Shown here in pieces: positions 1 to 8,798 of a stretch of DNA of 64,000 bases. Made by a program: the position numbers and the translations under genes. Within the stretch, counting starts at the first letter, position 1; each line of letters starts with the position of its first letter. The notes under the pieces are model-generated. The model was not told the DNA's origin. It was given only the letters and a program-made list of their open reading frames with translations, and made no database searches. This DNA comes from an uncultured Pseudomonadota bacterium (GTDB taxonomy: Bacteria; Myxococcota_A; UBA796; JAFGLY01): contig CALDOK010000195.1 of NCBI GenBank assembly GCA_937912125.1, positions 17,384-81,383 of the forward strand, read 5' to 3'.

Positions 1-1750
1 GGTTGTTGCCCATCAGGGCGATGTCTGCACCGCCCAGGGCGACCTCGTTGATCACCGCGCCCACGGCCACGCCCACGTCCGCGCTGCGCAGCGCCAGGGC
101 GTCGTTCACACCGTCGCCCACCATCATCACCCGCCTGCCTGCGGCCTGTTCTTCGGCCACCAGCTCGGCCTTGCGCTCGGGCAGCACCTCGGCCTCGAAG
201 TCGTCGAAGCCGAGATCCGCGGCCACCTGGGCCGCCACCGCGTGGCGATCACCAGTGAGCAACACCAGGCGCTTGGCGCCCAGGGCTCGCAGGCCAGCCA
301 AGGCCTCGGCAGCCTCGGGCCTGGGTGTGTCGGCCAGCTCCAGCCAGCCCAGCACCTCGGCGTCCCGCGCTACATAGACCGCGATCCCGCGGCTGGGCTC
401 TACCGCCTCGAAGCCCAGGTCCAGCTCCACCAGCCAGCTCGCCCGGCCCAAGCGCAGCATGCCTTCGTCTGTCTGGGCCTGCACGCCCTGGCCCGCCTGC
501 TCGCGCAGCTGCTGGGGAGGGGTCACCTCGATGCCCCGTGAGCGGGCTGCCTGCACAACGGCGCGGGAGACTGGATGCAGGGAGCCGTGCCCGCAGCGAG
601 CAGCCACCCGCAGCAGCTCAGCCTCGTCCACGCCCTCGCCAGCATGAACCTCCAGCACGGAGAGCGAGCCGAGGGTGACAGTGCCGGTCTTGTCCAGCAC
701 CACCGTGTCGACCTCGGAGACGCGCTCCAGGAAGCTGGAGCCCTTGATCAGGATGCTCCACTTCGAGGCCACGGCCAGGGCGGCCACCATGGCCACGGGC
801 CCCGAGAGCACCAGGGCGCAGGGACAGGCCACCACCAGCACGGCGATGGCGCGGTCCACCTTGCCGGTGGTGAAGAGCACCACCGCCGCCACGCCCAGCA
901 CGATGGGCAGGTAGGCGGTAGCGTAGCGCTCGAGCAGCCGCGTGATGGGAGCCTTGGACTCCTCGGCTTCGCGCAGCAGCTCGATCACACGCCCCAGGGC
1001 GGTGTCGCCGCCCACCCCGCGCACCTCGAGCTGCACCAGGCCGTCGAGGTTGATGGTGCCCGCGAAGACGGGGCTGCCAGGCCCCACGTCCTCGTGCATG
1101 GACTCGCCGGTGACCGAGGACTGATCCACGCTGGAGCGCCCCTGCACCACCACGGCGTCGGCGGGGATGGTCTCGCCAGGGCGCACCACCACCACGTCGC
1201 CCACCCGCAGATCTTCGGAGGCCACGGTGCGCTCGGCTCCGGCCTCGAACAAGGTGGCGGAGCGAGCGTGTAGCTTCTCGATGCCCTCGATGGCGGCGCG
1301 CGCGCCCATGACGCTGCGCTCCTCGAGCAGGTGGCCGACCTCCATCAGCAAGGGCACGAGCCCTGCCGTGGTGAAGTCGCCGATGACCACCGCGGCGAGG
1401 ATGGCCAGCGCGACCAGCTGCTCGGTATAGCTGCCGGGGTCCTTGGAGACGAAGCCCTGAGCCGCCTGGGCGAACACGGGCCAGGCGACGATCACCACAG
1501 CGACCAGCTGCACCATGCCGGCGACGGCGGCCTGGGCGGGCTGGAAGTAGCCCCAACCCCAGCCCAGGGCCAGCAGGCCGCCACCCAGCAGGACCGAGCC
1601 CAAGCGCAGCGCCATCTCGCGCTGCTCGCCGCTGTCGAGGTCCACCCGACGAGCCGCGGCCATGGAGGCCACCTGCCCGACCCTGGGGGGCTCGAGGCAG
1701 CGTTCGGCCCCGTGGCAGGCGGGGTGTTCACAGGGTTGGGTCGTGCTCAC
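1..1750 (-). CDS. P1B-type (heavy-metal) P-type ATPase, N-terminal ~580 aa; the C-terminus lies beyond the left window edge
   Basis: Absent from the ORF track because it has no in-window stop. My reverse-strand translation (codons at 2-4, 5-7 ...) from GTG at 1750-1748 gives VSTTQPCEHPACHGAERC... It then shows TGES (~1105-1125), the CPC membrane metal site VVACPCALVLSG (~805-840), DKTGT (~690-705), the HP motif GSLHPVS and the hinge VGDGVNDALAL (~95-125). It ends ...ADIALMGNN at nt 2. The GTG start abuts the TAA stop (1751-1753) of the upstream SPFH gene. Confidence 0.9.
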   Translation of the reverse strand, partial: MSTTQPCEHPACHGAERCLEPPRVGQVASMAAARRVDLDSGEQREMALRLGSVLLGGGLLALGWGWGYFQPAQAAVAGMVQLVAVVIVAWPVFAQAAQGFVSKDPGSYTEQLVALAILAAVVIGDFTTAGLVPLLMEVGHLLEERSVMGARAAIEGIEKLHARSATLFEAGAERTVASEDLRVGDVVVVRPGETIPADAVVVQGRSSVDQSSVTGESMHEDVGPGSPVFAGTINLDGLVQLEVRGVGGDTALGRVIELLREAEESKAPITRLLERYATAYLPIVLGVAAVVLFTTGKVDRAIAVLVVACPCALVLSGPVAMVAALAVASKWSILIKGSSFLERVSEVDTVVLDKTGTVTLGSLSVLEVHAGEGVDEAELLRVAARCGHGSLHPVSRAVVQAARSRGIEVTPPQQLREQAGQGVQAQTDEGMLRLGRASWLVELDLGFEAVEPSRGIAVYVARDAEVLGWLELADTPRPEAAEALAGLRALGAKRLVLLTGDRHAVAAQVAADLGFDDFEAEVLPERKAELVAEEQAAGRRVMMVGDGVNDALALRSADVGVAVGAVINEVALGGADIALMGNN

Positions 1751-2794
1751 TTAGTCACCCGCAGGGATGGAGAGGCGGAAGCCATCGGGGCCGTAGCGCC
1801 GGCCGTCAGCGGGGGGCGGCACGAAGCGGATGCGACCGGAGCGCGGGAGCGATGCCTCGATGGCCTCGAGGTACAGACGATCCCGGACCACTTGCGGGTT
1901 CTTGCGGTACTCGGCGTACAGGTCGCGCCACATGCCGGCGTCTCCCCGCGCCTGGGCCAACAGCTCGGCGGCGTAGCCCTGGGCCTCGCGCAGGGCCTGG
2001 TCTCGGGAGGCCTTGGCCAGGGGGACTTCTTCTTCGCGCAGCTTCTGAGCTTCCTTGACCTGGGTCTCCATGTCGATGAAGGCGTTCTGGACTTGCTCGA
2101 ACTCCGCCTGGACCTGCCTGGGCGGGGCGAGATCGGTGACCTCCACGGACACCAGCGCCAGCCCGGAGACGGCACGGTCCAGGCGATCCTGCGCGCGCTG
2201 CACCACCTGGATGACGAACTGGGAGCGGCCCTCGGACAGCACGCTGTCGACCTCGACCTCGCCCATGGTGCGCACGGTGGCCGCCATGATGGCGTCGCGC
2301 AGCAGGCGCTCGGGGGACGCCTGGTGCAGGGCGAAGGCCACGGGGTCGTCCACCTGATAGCGGGCCACCATGTCGACCTGGACCACGTTGTGGTCCCCCG
2401 TCAGCGCGTAGCCCTCGAGCACGGGATCGATTGTCTTGCGGCGGGATCGCTCCGCGCCGGGATCACCAGGGCGGCGGTAGTGGAGATCGTAGATCTCGAG
2501 CTCGTAGACCTTCTTGATCTTGACCCGCACCACCTCGTCCATGGGCCGCGGCAGGGTGAAGTGCAAGCCAGGGTGCAACAGCGCGGTGGCCGGGGTGCCG
2601 CCCGCCAGGGCGCCGAAGCGCAGCACGACCGCCACCTCTTCGGAGCGCACGATGATCAGGCCCGAGAAGACGTAGGCCAGCACCAGCGCGAGCACGCCCC
2701 AGCGCAGGTAGCCGAGCCCGAGCTCGAAGGAGCGCAGCACCGGCCCCGAGAAGCGGCGCAGCTCGCTGGCACCATGGGAGGGCGGGGCGATCAT
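1751..2794 (-). CDS. SPFH/band-7 protein, HflK-like
   Basis: Track ORF 1751..3001. I chose the internal ATG at 2794 (MIAPPSHGASELRRF...) because the upstream 69 codons are P/R/S-rich and overlap the preceding gene. One TM helix, an SPFH core, and an HflK-type C-terminal helix (REAQGYAAELLAQARGDAGMWRDLYAEYRKNPQVVRDRLYLEAIE). Confidence 0.85.
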   Translation of the reverse strand: MIAPPSHGASELRRFSGPVLRSFELGLGYLRWGVLALVLAYVFSGLIIVRSEEVAVVLRFGALAGGTPATALLHPGLHFTLPRPMDEVVRVKIKKVYELEIYDLHYRRPGDPGAERSRRKTIDPVLEGYALTGDHNVVQVDMVARYQVDDPVAFALHQASPERLLRDAIMAATVRTMGEVEVDSVLSEGRSQFVIQVVQRAQDRLDRAVSGLALVSVEVTDLAPPRQVQAEFEQVQNAFIDMETQVKEAQKLREEEVPLAKASRDQALREAQGYAAELLAQARGDAGMWRDLYAEYRKNPQVVRDRLYLEAIEASLPRSGRIRFVPPPADGRRYGPDGFRLSIPAGD

Positions 2795-2825
2795 CGCCGG
2801 CCTCCTCGAGCGTGACGGGGGCGCA

Positions 2826-3710
2826 TCACCGCGAGCCCTCCTGGAGCAGATCGAAGGGCGGGCTGTCGGTGCGAAGCACGATGGTGGACTTCTTGCCCAG
2901 CACCTTGTCCATGGACTCCAGGGAGCGCTTGAAGCGGTAGAACTCGGGGTCGAGGCTGTGGGCGTCGGCGTAGGTGCGGGCGGCCTCGGCCTCGGCCTCA
3001 CCGCGGATGCGGGCGGCCTCTTCGTTGGCCTCGGCGCGGATCTGGGCCACCTCGAGATCGGTGTCGGCCCGAATCTTGGCGGCCTCGCGCTCGCCCTCGG
3101 CGCGGAAGCGGGCGGCGTACTGCTTGCGCTCCGCGCGCATCTGCTCGAAGACGTAGCGGGTGTTGCCCTCGGGCAGGGACAGGCGCTTGAAGCCCACCTC
3201 CTCGATGGCCACGCCGTACTTCTCGCCAGCCTTGGTGGCCACGTCGGTGAGGATGGCCTGCTCGATCTCGTCGACCATGAGGTCTTCGGGGGTGGTGGAG
3301 ACCAAGGCGCTGAGATCGTAGCCGCCCAGCACGCTGATCTTGGCGTTGGTGACCAGGCCGTCGAGCTTGGAGTCGGCGGCCTCGACGCTGCCCAGGGACT
3401 GGTAGAAGCGCAGGGGCTCGGACACCCGCCAGACGACGTAGCTGAGCAGGATGACGTTCTTCTTGTCCCGGGTGAGCATCTCGGTGTGGCGGGTGTTGAG
3501 CACCCGGGCGCGGCCGTCCAGCACCACCACCCGCTCGATGGGCCAGGGCAGCTTGCCGTGGAGTCCAGCGTCCTGCACCACGTCGACGGCCCGGCCCAGG
3601 CGCAGGCGGATGGCGACCTCTCCCTCCCGCAGCTGCCAGGTGAAGGCGAAGAAGGTCAAGGCCAGCAGTATGGCGATGCCGATGGAATAACGGAGGATGT
3701 TGTCACGCAT
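2826..3710 (-). CDS. SPFH/band-7 protein, HflC-like
   Basis: Track ORF 2826..3746; ATG at 3710 (MRDNILRYSIGIAILLALTFF, one TM). HflC-type signature RAERKQYAARFRAEGEREAAKIRA ... DPEFYRFKRSLESM. Confidence 0.85.
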   Translation of the reverse strand: MRDNILRYSIGIAILLALTFFAFTWQLREGEVAIRLRLGRAVDVVQDAGLHGKLPWPIERVVVLDGRARVLNTRHTEMLTRDKKNVILLSYVVWRVSEPLRFYQSLGSVEAADSKLDGLVTNAKISVLGGYDLSALVSTTPEDLMVDEIEQAILTDVATKAGEKYGVAIEEVGFKRLSLPEGNTRYVFEQMRAERKQYAARFRAEGEREAAKIRADTDLEVAQIRAEANEEAARIRGEAEAEAARTYADAHSLDPEFYRFKRSLESMDKVLGKKSTIVLRTDSPPFDLLQEGSR

Positions 3711-3730
3711 GGGATCGGCTCCGCAGGCGG

Positions 3731-5413
3731 CTACTCGAGGACCCACAGAGCGCCACCGTCACGCTCGATGCGCGTGTCGATGATGTAGTGGGGGTTGTCC
3801 TGGAGCACCTGCTCCAGAGTCTCGAGGCGCCGCCTGAAGCGGTAGAGCTCGGGATTGGCCGCGTATTCGGCCTCGATGGTCTGAAAAGCGATGGCCTCGC
3901 CCAGGGCCTTGGACAGGCGTCCGGCCCGATCCGCCTCGGCGCGACGGGTGGCCCGCACCGCGTCGGCTTCGGCCTTGGGCAGGGCGCCGTAGCGGTAGGC
4001 CTGGGCCTCCATGGCGTAGGTTCCGCGGTCGATCTGCGCGGCCACCACGGCCTGGTAGTCGTTGGCCACAGCCACCGGCGGATGCAGGCCCAGCAGATCG
4101 AAGGACACCACCTCGATGCCCAGCAGGTGGTCGTCAGCCTCAGCCTGGATCTGTTGGACCATGCTGGCCGAGAACCCGCCGATGTCGAGGGAGAGCACCT
4201 GGTCCAGGGTCTTGTCCACGGTGGCGTCGGTGATCACCCGGTAGGCCAGGGTCTCGAGGCCGATCTCGGGGTTCTGGGTGCCGTAGAGCCAGGCGTGGAT
4301 GTCTCCCACCCGGTAGTGCAGCACGGCGTTGATGGTCACCAGGTCGCGCCCATCGCCCAGCAGCAGGTTGAACTCCTCAGCCGCGTGGTACTGGGTCCAC
4401 AGAGCGTCCGCGCCAGCCTTGGCCTCGGCGTAGCCGATGGGCATCTCCCGCACGCGCTGCACGTCCACCAGGTGTACGCAGTCGAAGGGATAGGGCAGCC
4501 CCAGGTGCAGACCGGGCTGGAGCACATCCTGGGGGTCGACCTTGCCGAAGCGCTCACGCATGGCCTGCTGGGAGGCATCGACCACGACCACCGCGGACAG
4601 CGCCCAGGCCAACAGGGCCAGGCCCGCCATGGAGGGCAGCGCGGCGCGGCGTAGGAAGATCAACGCCCATGAGCTGCGCACGTCGATGCCGGAGCTGCGC
4701 TCCACAGCGGTGAAGACGCTCTGGACCGGGTTGAAGGACGAGCCCAGCAGGCGGCTCATGAGCAGGTCCGCGCCGAAGGCGCTCCCCGCCCGCGGGCGAC
4801 GAACCAGCCCGACCACGCCCATCAGGGCGAGCTCGAGCGCCAGGACGGAGGGCACCGCGAGCAGCACCATGGCGGTGCCAGGCTCGGCGACGGGACGCCC
4901 GACCGCCCGCAGGATGCAGGAGGCGCCAGCCAGCAGCCCCAGCCACACCCCCACACGGGCCGCCGTGGCGAGCCCTGGAGCGTCGGGAAGCTGGACCGCC
5001 GGGGTGGAGTGGTAGTAGCGCGCCAGGACCAGCGCCCCGAAGGCCACCGCCAACAGCAGCGCCCCCAGCCCGGTGTGACCCGCCGCGTTGCTCGCAGGCT
5101 CGAGGGGCCCCCAGATCAACGCTGCGGCCGCAGCCGCGAGGACGACGGCGCCCACAACCAAGCGGATAAGCCCCGGGGTCCTGACCCTTTCGCCAGGCCC
5201 ATCAACGGGTGCTCCCAAGGCCAGTCCGAGGCTGCGGCGAGCCCCCAGCATCAGCCCTATCACCAGCACCCAGTGCAGGCCGGCCGCCACGGCCACCTGG
5301 GAGCCCAGCCACAGCCCCGCCGCGACCACCAGGCCCACGACCACCGCCAGCAGAAGCGGGACCAGCAGCCCGGTGACCTGACGATGGCCTGCGAAGGCTT
5401 CGTTTCTCGACAT
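3731..5413 (-). CDS. Polytopic membrane domain (~300 aa, about 7-8 hydrophobic helices) fused to an HflK-like SPFH domain
   Basis: Track ORF 3731..5533; ATG at 5413 (MSRNEAFAGHRQVTGLLVPLLLAVVVGLVV...). The C-terminal half has an SPFH core (LQPGLHLGLPYPFD..., INAVLHYRV) and an HflK-like tail (ANPELYRFRRRLETLEQVL). First gene of the SPFH/ATPase operon. Confidence 0.8.
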   Translation of the reverse strand: MSRNEAFAGHRQVTGLLVPLLLAVVVGLVVAAGLWLGSQVAVAAGLHWVLVIGLMLGARRSLGLALGAPVDGPGERVRTPGLIRLVVGAVVLAAAAAALIWGPLEPASNAAGHTGLGALLLAVAFGALVLARYYHSTPAVQLPDAPGLATAARVGVWLGLLAGASCILRAVGRPVAEPGTAMVLLAVPSVLALELALMGVVGLVRRPRAGSAFGADLLMSRLLGSSFNPVQSVFTAVERSSGIDVRSSWALIFLRRAALPSMAGLALLAWALSAVVVVDASQQAMRERFGKVDPQDVLQPGLHLGLPYPFDCVHLVDVQRVREMPIGYAEAKAGADALWTQYHAAEEFNLLLGDGRDLVTINAVLHYRVGDIHAWLYGTQNPEIGLETLAYRVITDATVDKTLDQVLSLDIGGFSASMVQQIQAEADDHLLGIEVVSFDLLGLHPPVAVANDYQAVVAAQIDRGTYAMEAQAYRYGALPKAEADAVRATRRAEADRAGRLSKALGEAIAFQTIEAEYAANPELYRFRRRLETLEQVLQDNPHYIIDTRIERDGGALWVLE

Positions 5414-5445
5414 AGAGTTTATCCGATATTCACGACGAGAGAAGA

Positions 5446-6885
5446 GTGGACCGTAACCGATGCGTGGTGGGCAGCCAGGGGCAAGCACGCGCATGGTGCC
5501 CTGGGCTACCCAGCCCATGCTATCCTCTCTCATTGCACTCGGAGCGCCCCGTGCCCAGCATTCCCAGCATCGTGACTGGCACCATCCTCAGCGTCCAGGT
5601 GGCCTCCGGCCCCTCCTGGCTGCCTCGCACCGAGGTCACTCTGCGAACGGACCAGGGCGAGCTGGTGGAGTTCCTGCTCCCAGGCGCCAATGGCGGCCCT
5701 CCCGCGGCGGTGCTGGGCATACCCACGCTGCAGCCCGGGCAGCGCTGGAGCATCGAGCTGGACCTGGCCACCGTGGGGCTGGTGCCCCGAGGCCACGGCG
5801 CAGGGATGCGCTCGCTGGACCCACAGCCCATCTGGAACCTCAACGGCAACCACCTGCCCGATGAGCTCCTGCCCTGGCCCTACCTCATGAACGACCAGGG
5901 CATCGCCAGCGTGGGCGCCGACGCCACCGAGGCCAGCTTCGAGGCCGCCCTGCAGCAGTGGTCCAGCGTAGGCTGCTCCACATTCGCCTTCGCCTACCAA
6001 GGCCGCACCGACGCCCTGGTCGAAGACGACGGGCTCAACGTGATCGCCTGGGAGAACGACAGCTGGGAGTGGCATGCCGACGCCGCCGCCATGAGCGTGG
6101 TGCGCTTCGACATGAGCAGCGGTGAGCCCACCATCCGCGAGACCGACATCCTGTTCAACGGCGTGAACTGGGACTGGGACGCCACCACTGGCACCACCGC
6201 GGCCACCCCCCCAGTGCTCCACGTCGGCTCGGTGCTGGCCCACGAGCTGGGCCACTCCACCGGCATGGACCACGAGTACGAGCAGGTCACCTCCAGCATG
6301 TACCTGGCCTACTTCGGGGGCAGCTGGATGGAGACCCTGTCAGGCGACGACATGCGCGGCCTGTGTGAAAACTACCCCAGCGGCGCCGACTCCTGCGCCC
6401 AGGATCTGGACTGCCAGGGCCTGGACGCCAGCGAGCGCTGGTGCCACGAGCTCGATGGGGTCAAGGTCTGCGACGAGGTTCGTGACCCGGTGGGCGCCGA
6501 GTGCTTCATCGACGACATCAACTGCGAAGAGGTCTGCCTCTTCACCAGCGCCTTCTACTCCCAAGGCAGCTGCGTGGTCGCCTGCCCCGACGGCAACTGC
6601 GAGCCCGGCTTCGTCTGCCAGGACGCCGACTACACCCTGCCCCTGCAGCCCGGCCCGGTCTGCGTGCCCGTCCCCCCCGACACCGGCCTGGACAGCGGCG
6701 ACACCGCGCTGGATACCGGAGCGCCGGCCCCTGACGACACCGGCGACGACGAGCCCGAAGGCTGCGGCTGCGTCGCCTCTGCGACCGCCCCAGCGCTCCT
6801 CCCCTTGCTCTCGCTGCTGGCGCTGACCTCCTGGCGGCGTCGCCGCCCAGCTCTCTCTTCCGTCCACACCCGGAGATCACCATGA
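5446..6885 (+). CDS. Metzincin (matrixin-like) zinc metalloprotease with a Cys-rich C-domain and a MYXO-CTERM sorting tail
   Basis: HExxHxxGxxH = HELGHSTGMDH, followed by the Met-turn SSMY. Cys-rich region CAQDLDCQG...CDEV...CEEVC. Tail GCGCVASATAPALLPLLSLLALTSWRRRR. The start is uncertain (GTG 5446 or GTG 5572). No in-frame start gives a recognisable signal peptide. Confidence 0.8.
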   Translation: MDRNRCVVGSQGQARAWCPGLPSPCYPLSLHSERPVPSIPSIVTGTILSVQVASGPSWLPRTEVTLRTDQGELVEFLLPGANGGPPAAVLGIPTLQPGQRWSIELDLATVGLVPRGHGAGMRSLDPQPIWNLNGNHLPDELLPWPYLMNDQGIASVGADATEASFEAALQQWSSVGCSTFAFAYQGRTDALVEDDGLNVIAWENDSWEWHADAAAMSVVRFDMSSGEPTIRETDILFNGVNWDWDATTGTTAATPPVLHVGSVLAHELGHSTGMDHEYEQVTSSMYLAYFGGSWMETLSGDDMRGLCENYPSGADSCAQDLDCQGLDASERWCHELDGVKVCDEVRDPVGAECFIDDINCEEVCLFTSAFYSQGSCVVACPDGNCEPGFVCQDADYTLPLQPGPVCVPVPPDTGLDSGDTALDTGAPAPDDTGDDEPEGCGCVASATAPALLPLLSLLALTSWRRRRPALSSVHTRRSP

Positions 6886-7979
6886 AAGCCACCCTCGCCG
6901 CGGTCACCCTGCTGCTCCTGCCTGGCAGCGCGCTGGCCGGCTACAAGCTGCTCCAGAACGACGACTTCGTCAGCGGCTCCCACGCCGCCTTCCAGGGGGG
7001 CTTCGTGGCGGGTGAGTGCTGGGGTTCGATCTACACCCCGGCTCCGGGGGACTACCCCTTCGACATGGTGTTCGTCGACGCCCTGATCGGCGGCACAACC
7101 GCCAGCGCCCTGTACAACATCGACATCTACGCCGTGGGCGGCACCAACCTGAACCAGGCGGACTACGTGGACGGGTCGTACCTGTACATCACCGGCTCGA
7201 ACAGCGCCTTCAACCGCGTCGACCTCACCGACCCCAAGCTGGAGGTCACCCTCCCGGCCGTCGAGTCCGGCAACGTCGCGGTGGCCTTCTGCCTGGACGA
7301 CTTCTCGGGCTACCCCGCCATCGCCCGGGACGTCGGGGGCATGGACCACGCCAACCGCAACTACATCTATCTGCCCGACCATAGCTCCTGGTGGCAGTCC
7401 AACCTGTTCGGGATCACCGGAGACTGGATCCAGCGGCTCTGCATCGAGACCGACAGCGTCAGCGCCGACGAGTGCGACGTGGACGCCGACTCGGACGCCG
7501 ACTCGGACACCGACGCCGACGCAGATGCCGACGCCGACGCCGACGCCGACAGCGACGCCGACGCCGACACCGCCTGGGACTCCACCGCGCCCATGGACGA
7601 CCTGTCCCTGATCAGCATCACCCCCGCCGAGATGAGCCTGGGCGAGGCCGTGGACGTGGTGTTGCTGGGGTCGGGCTTCGACGGCGGCATGGACGCCCGC
7701 ATCGGTGGCATCTCGCTGACCGGCATCGACGTGCTCAACGGCGAGACCCTCAAGGGCCGCACCCCCAGCTCCCTGCCCCAGGGCGTCCACGACGTCGAGG
7801 TGGTGCTGGACGGCGACAACGCCTACCTGCCCTCGGCCTTCACGGTGCTGGGCGAGGAGGAGATCGACGACGGCTGCGCCGGCTGCAGCAGCGGCGGCCA
7901 CCCCAGGGGGGCCGGCTGGCTCGGCTTCGGCCTGCTGGGCATGATGGCGCTGGGCTGGCGACGACGCGAACAGCGTTAG
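6882..7979 (+). CDS. Secreted protein with D-A/D-S linker, IPT/TIG-like domain and MYXO-CTERM tail
   Basis: Signal peptide MKATLAAVTLLLLPGSALA. Linker DVDADSDADSDTDADADADADADSDADAD. IPT-like segment ISITPAEMSLGEAVDVVLLGSGF...VHDVEVV. Tail DDGCAGCSSGG...GLLGMMALGWRRR. The ATG overlaps the upstream stop (ATGA at 6882-6885). Confidence 0.8.
   Translation: MKATLAAVTLLLLPGSALAGYKLLQNDDFVSGSHAAFQGGFVAGECWGSIYTPAPGDYPFDMVFVDALIGGTTASALYNIDIYAVGGTNLNQADYVDGSYLYITGSNSAFNRVDLTDPKLEVTLPAVESGNVAVAFCLDDFSGYPAIARDVGGMDHANRNYIYLPDHSSWWQSNLFGITGDWIQRLCIETDSVSADECDVDADSDADSDTDADADADADADADSDADADTAWDSTAPMDDLSLISITPAEMSLGEAVDVVLLGSGFDGGMDARIGGISLTGIDVLNGETLKGRTPSSLPQGVHDVEVVLDGDNAYLPSAFTVLGEEEIDDGCAGCSSGGHPRGAGWLGFGLLGMMALGWRRREQR
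7476..7568 (+). repeat. Imperfect (GAC-GCC/TCG/ACC)n hexanucleotide microsatellite encoding the D-A/D-S/D-T linker
   Basis: Read directly: gacgtggacgccgactcggacgccgactcggacaccgacgccgacgcagatgccgacgccgacgccgacgccgacagcgacgccgacgccgac. Confidence 0.9.
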
Positions 7980-8027
7980 CCCACGGGGTAGAGGGCCAGC
8001 CCCCTCCCCACGCATCTGGGAGATCCC

Positions 8028-8798
8028 ATGCTCCTCGCCACCCACAACGTGAACTCCCTGCGCGCTCGCCTGGATCGGGTCCTGGCCTGGCTCGAGCGGG
8101 TCCAGCCCGACGTGGCCTGCCTGCAGGAGACCAAGGTCACCGACGACCTCTTCCCCCGCGAGCCCCTGGAGGCCCTGGGCTACCACGTCGCCATTCACGG
8201 TCAGAAGACCTACAACGGCGTGGCCATCCTCTCCAAGTCCCCCCTCGAGGATGTGGTGGCCGGCATCGACGGCTTCGACGACCCCGAGGCTCGCAGCCTG
8301 GCCGCCACCACGGCCGGTCTGCGGGTGCGCTGCCTGTACGTGCCCAACGGCAAGGAGATCCCGTCGGACAAGTACGAGTACAAGAAGGCCTGGCTCGACG
8401 CCCTGATGGCGGAGACCCGAGACCGCTGGGACCCCACGCTGCCCGTGGTGCTCACCGGCGACTTCAACATCACCTTCGACGACCGCGACCTGTGGGACCC
8501 CGAAGGCCACCGCGAGGCAGTGTTCCACTCCGCACCCGAGCGCCAGCGGCTGCAGGCCCTGGTCGAGTGGGGCCTGACCGACGCCTTCCGCCTGCACAAC
8601 CAGGAGGCCGGCATCTACACCTGGTGGGACTACCGCCAGGCCTGCTTCCGCCGCGGCATGGGCCTGCGCATCGATCACTTCCTCGTCTCGGCGCCCCTGA
8701 TCCCGCGCTGCCGCTCAGTGACGGTGGATCGCCAGGAGCGCAAGGGCGAGAAGCCCTCTGACCACGCCCCTGTGCTCATGGAGCTTGACGATGCCTGA
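8028..8798 (+). CDS. xthA: Exodeoxyribonuclease III (AP endonuclease)
   Basis: MLLATHNVNSLRARL...DVACLQETK...YNGVAILSK...VLTGDFNI...YTWWDYR...GMGLRIDHFLVS...PSDHAPV. These are the full-length Xth/EEP family motifs. Confidence 0.93.
   Translation: MLLATHNVNSLRARLDRVLAWLERVQPDVACLQETKVTDDLFPREPLEALGYHVAIHGQKTYNGVAILSKSPLEDVVAGIDGFDDPEARSLAATTAGLRVRCLYVPNGKEIPSDKYEYKKAWLDALMAETRDRWDPTLPVVLTGDFNITFDDRDLWDPEGHREAVFHSAPERQRLQALVEWGLTDAFRLHNQEAGIYTWWDYRQACFRRGMGLRIDHFLVSAPLIPRCRSVTVDRQERKGEKPSDHAPVLMELDDA

Noticed and set aside
5460-5864. Alternative-frame ORF (134 aa) that might supply a signal peptide to the metalloprotease through a frameshift
   Set aside because: Its sequence (MLSSLIALGAPRAQHSQH...) is not convincingly hydrophobic, and the rest is Arg/Pro/Gly-rich. 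I see no direct evidence of a frameshift. The issue stays as an open question in the findings.
7476-7568. Short tandem repeats considered as a possible CRISPR or other repeat-spacer array (also 11680-11745, 18501-18581, 30471-30569)
   Set aside because: The period is 6 nt with no spacers. They are in frame within ORFs and encode acidic linkers, so they are not CRISPR.
6630-8678. 682-aa minus-strand ORF; similar long antisense ORFs at 1331..2815(+), 36462..38471(+), 44876..46906(-), 58880..61156(-) and 62291..63961(-)
   Set aside because: All overlap motif-bearing genes on the other strand. Their translations are dominated by G/A/R/H/V/D runs with no recognisable domains, so they are shadow ORFs.
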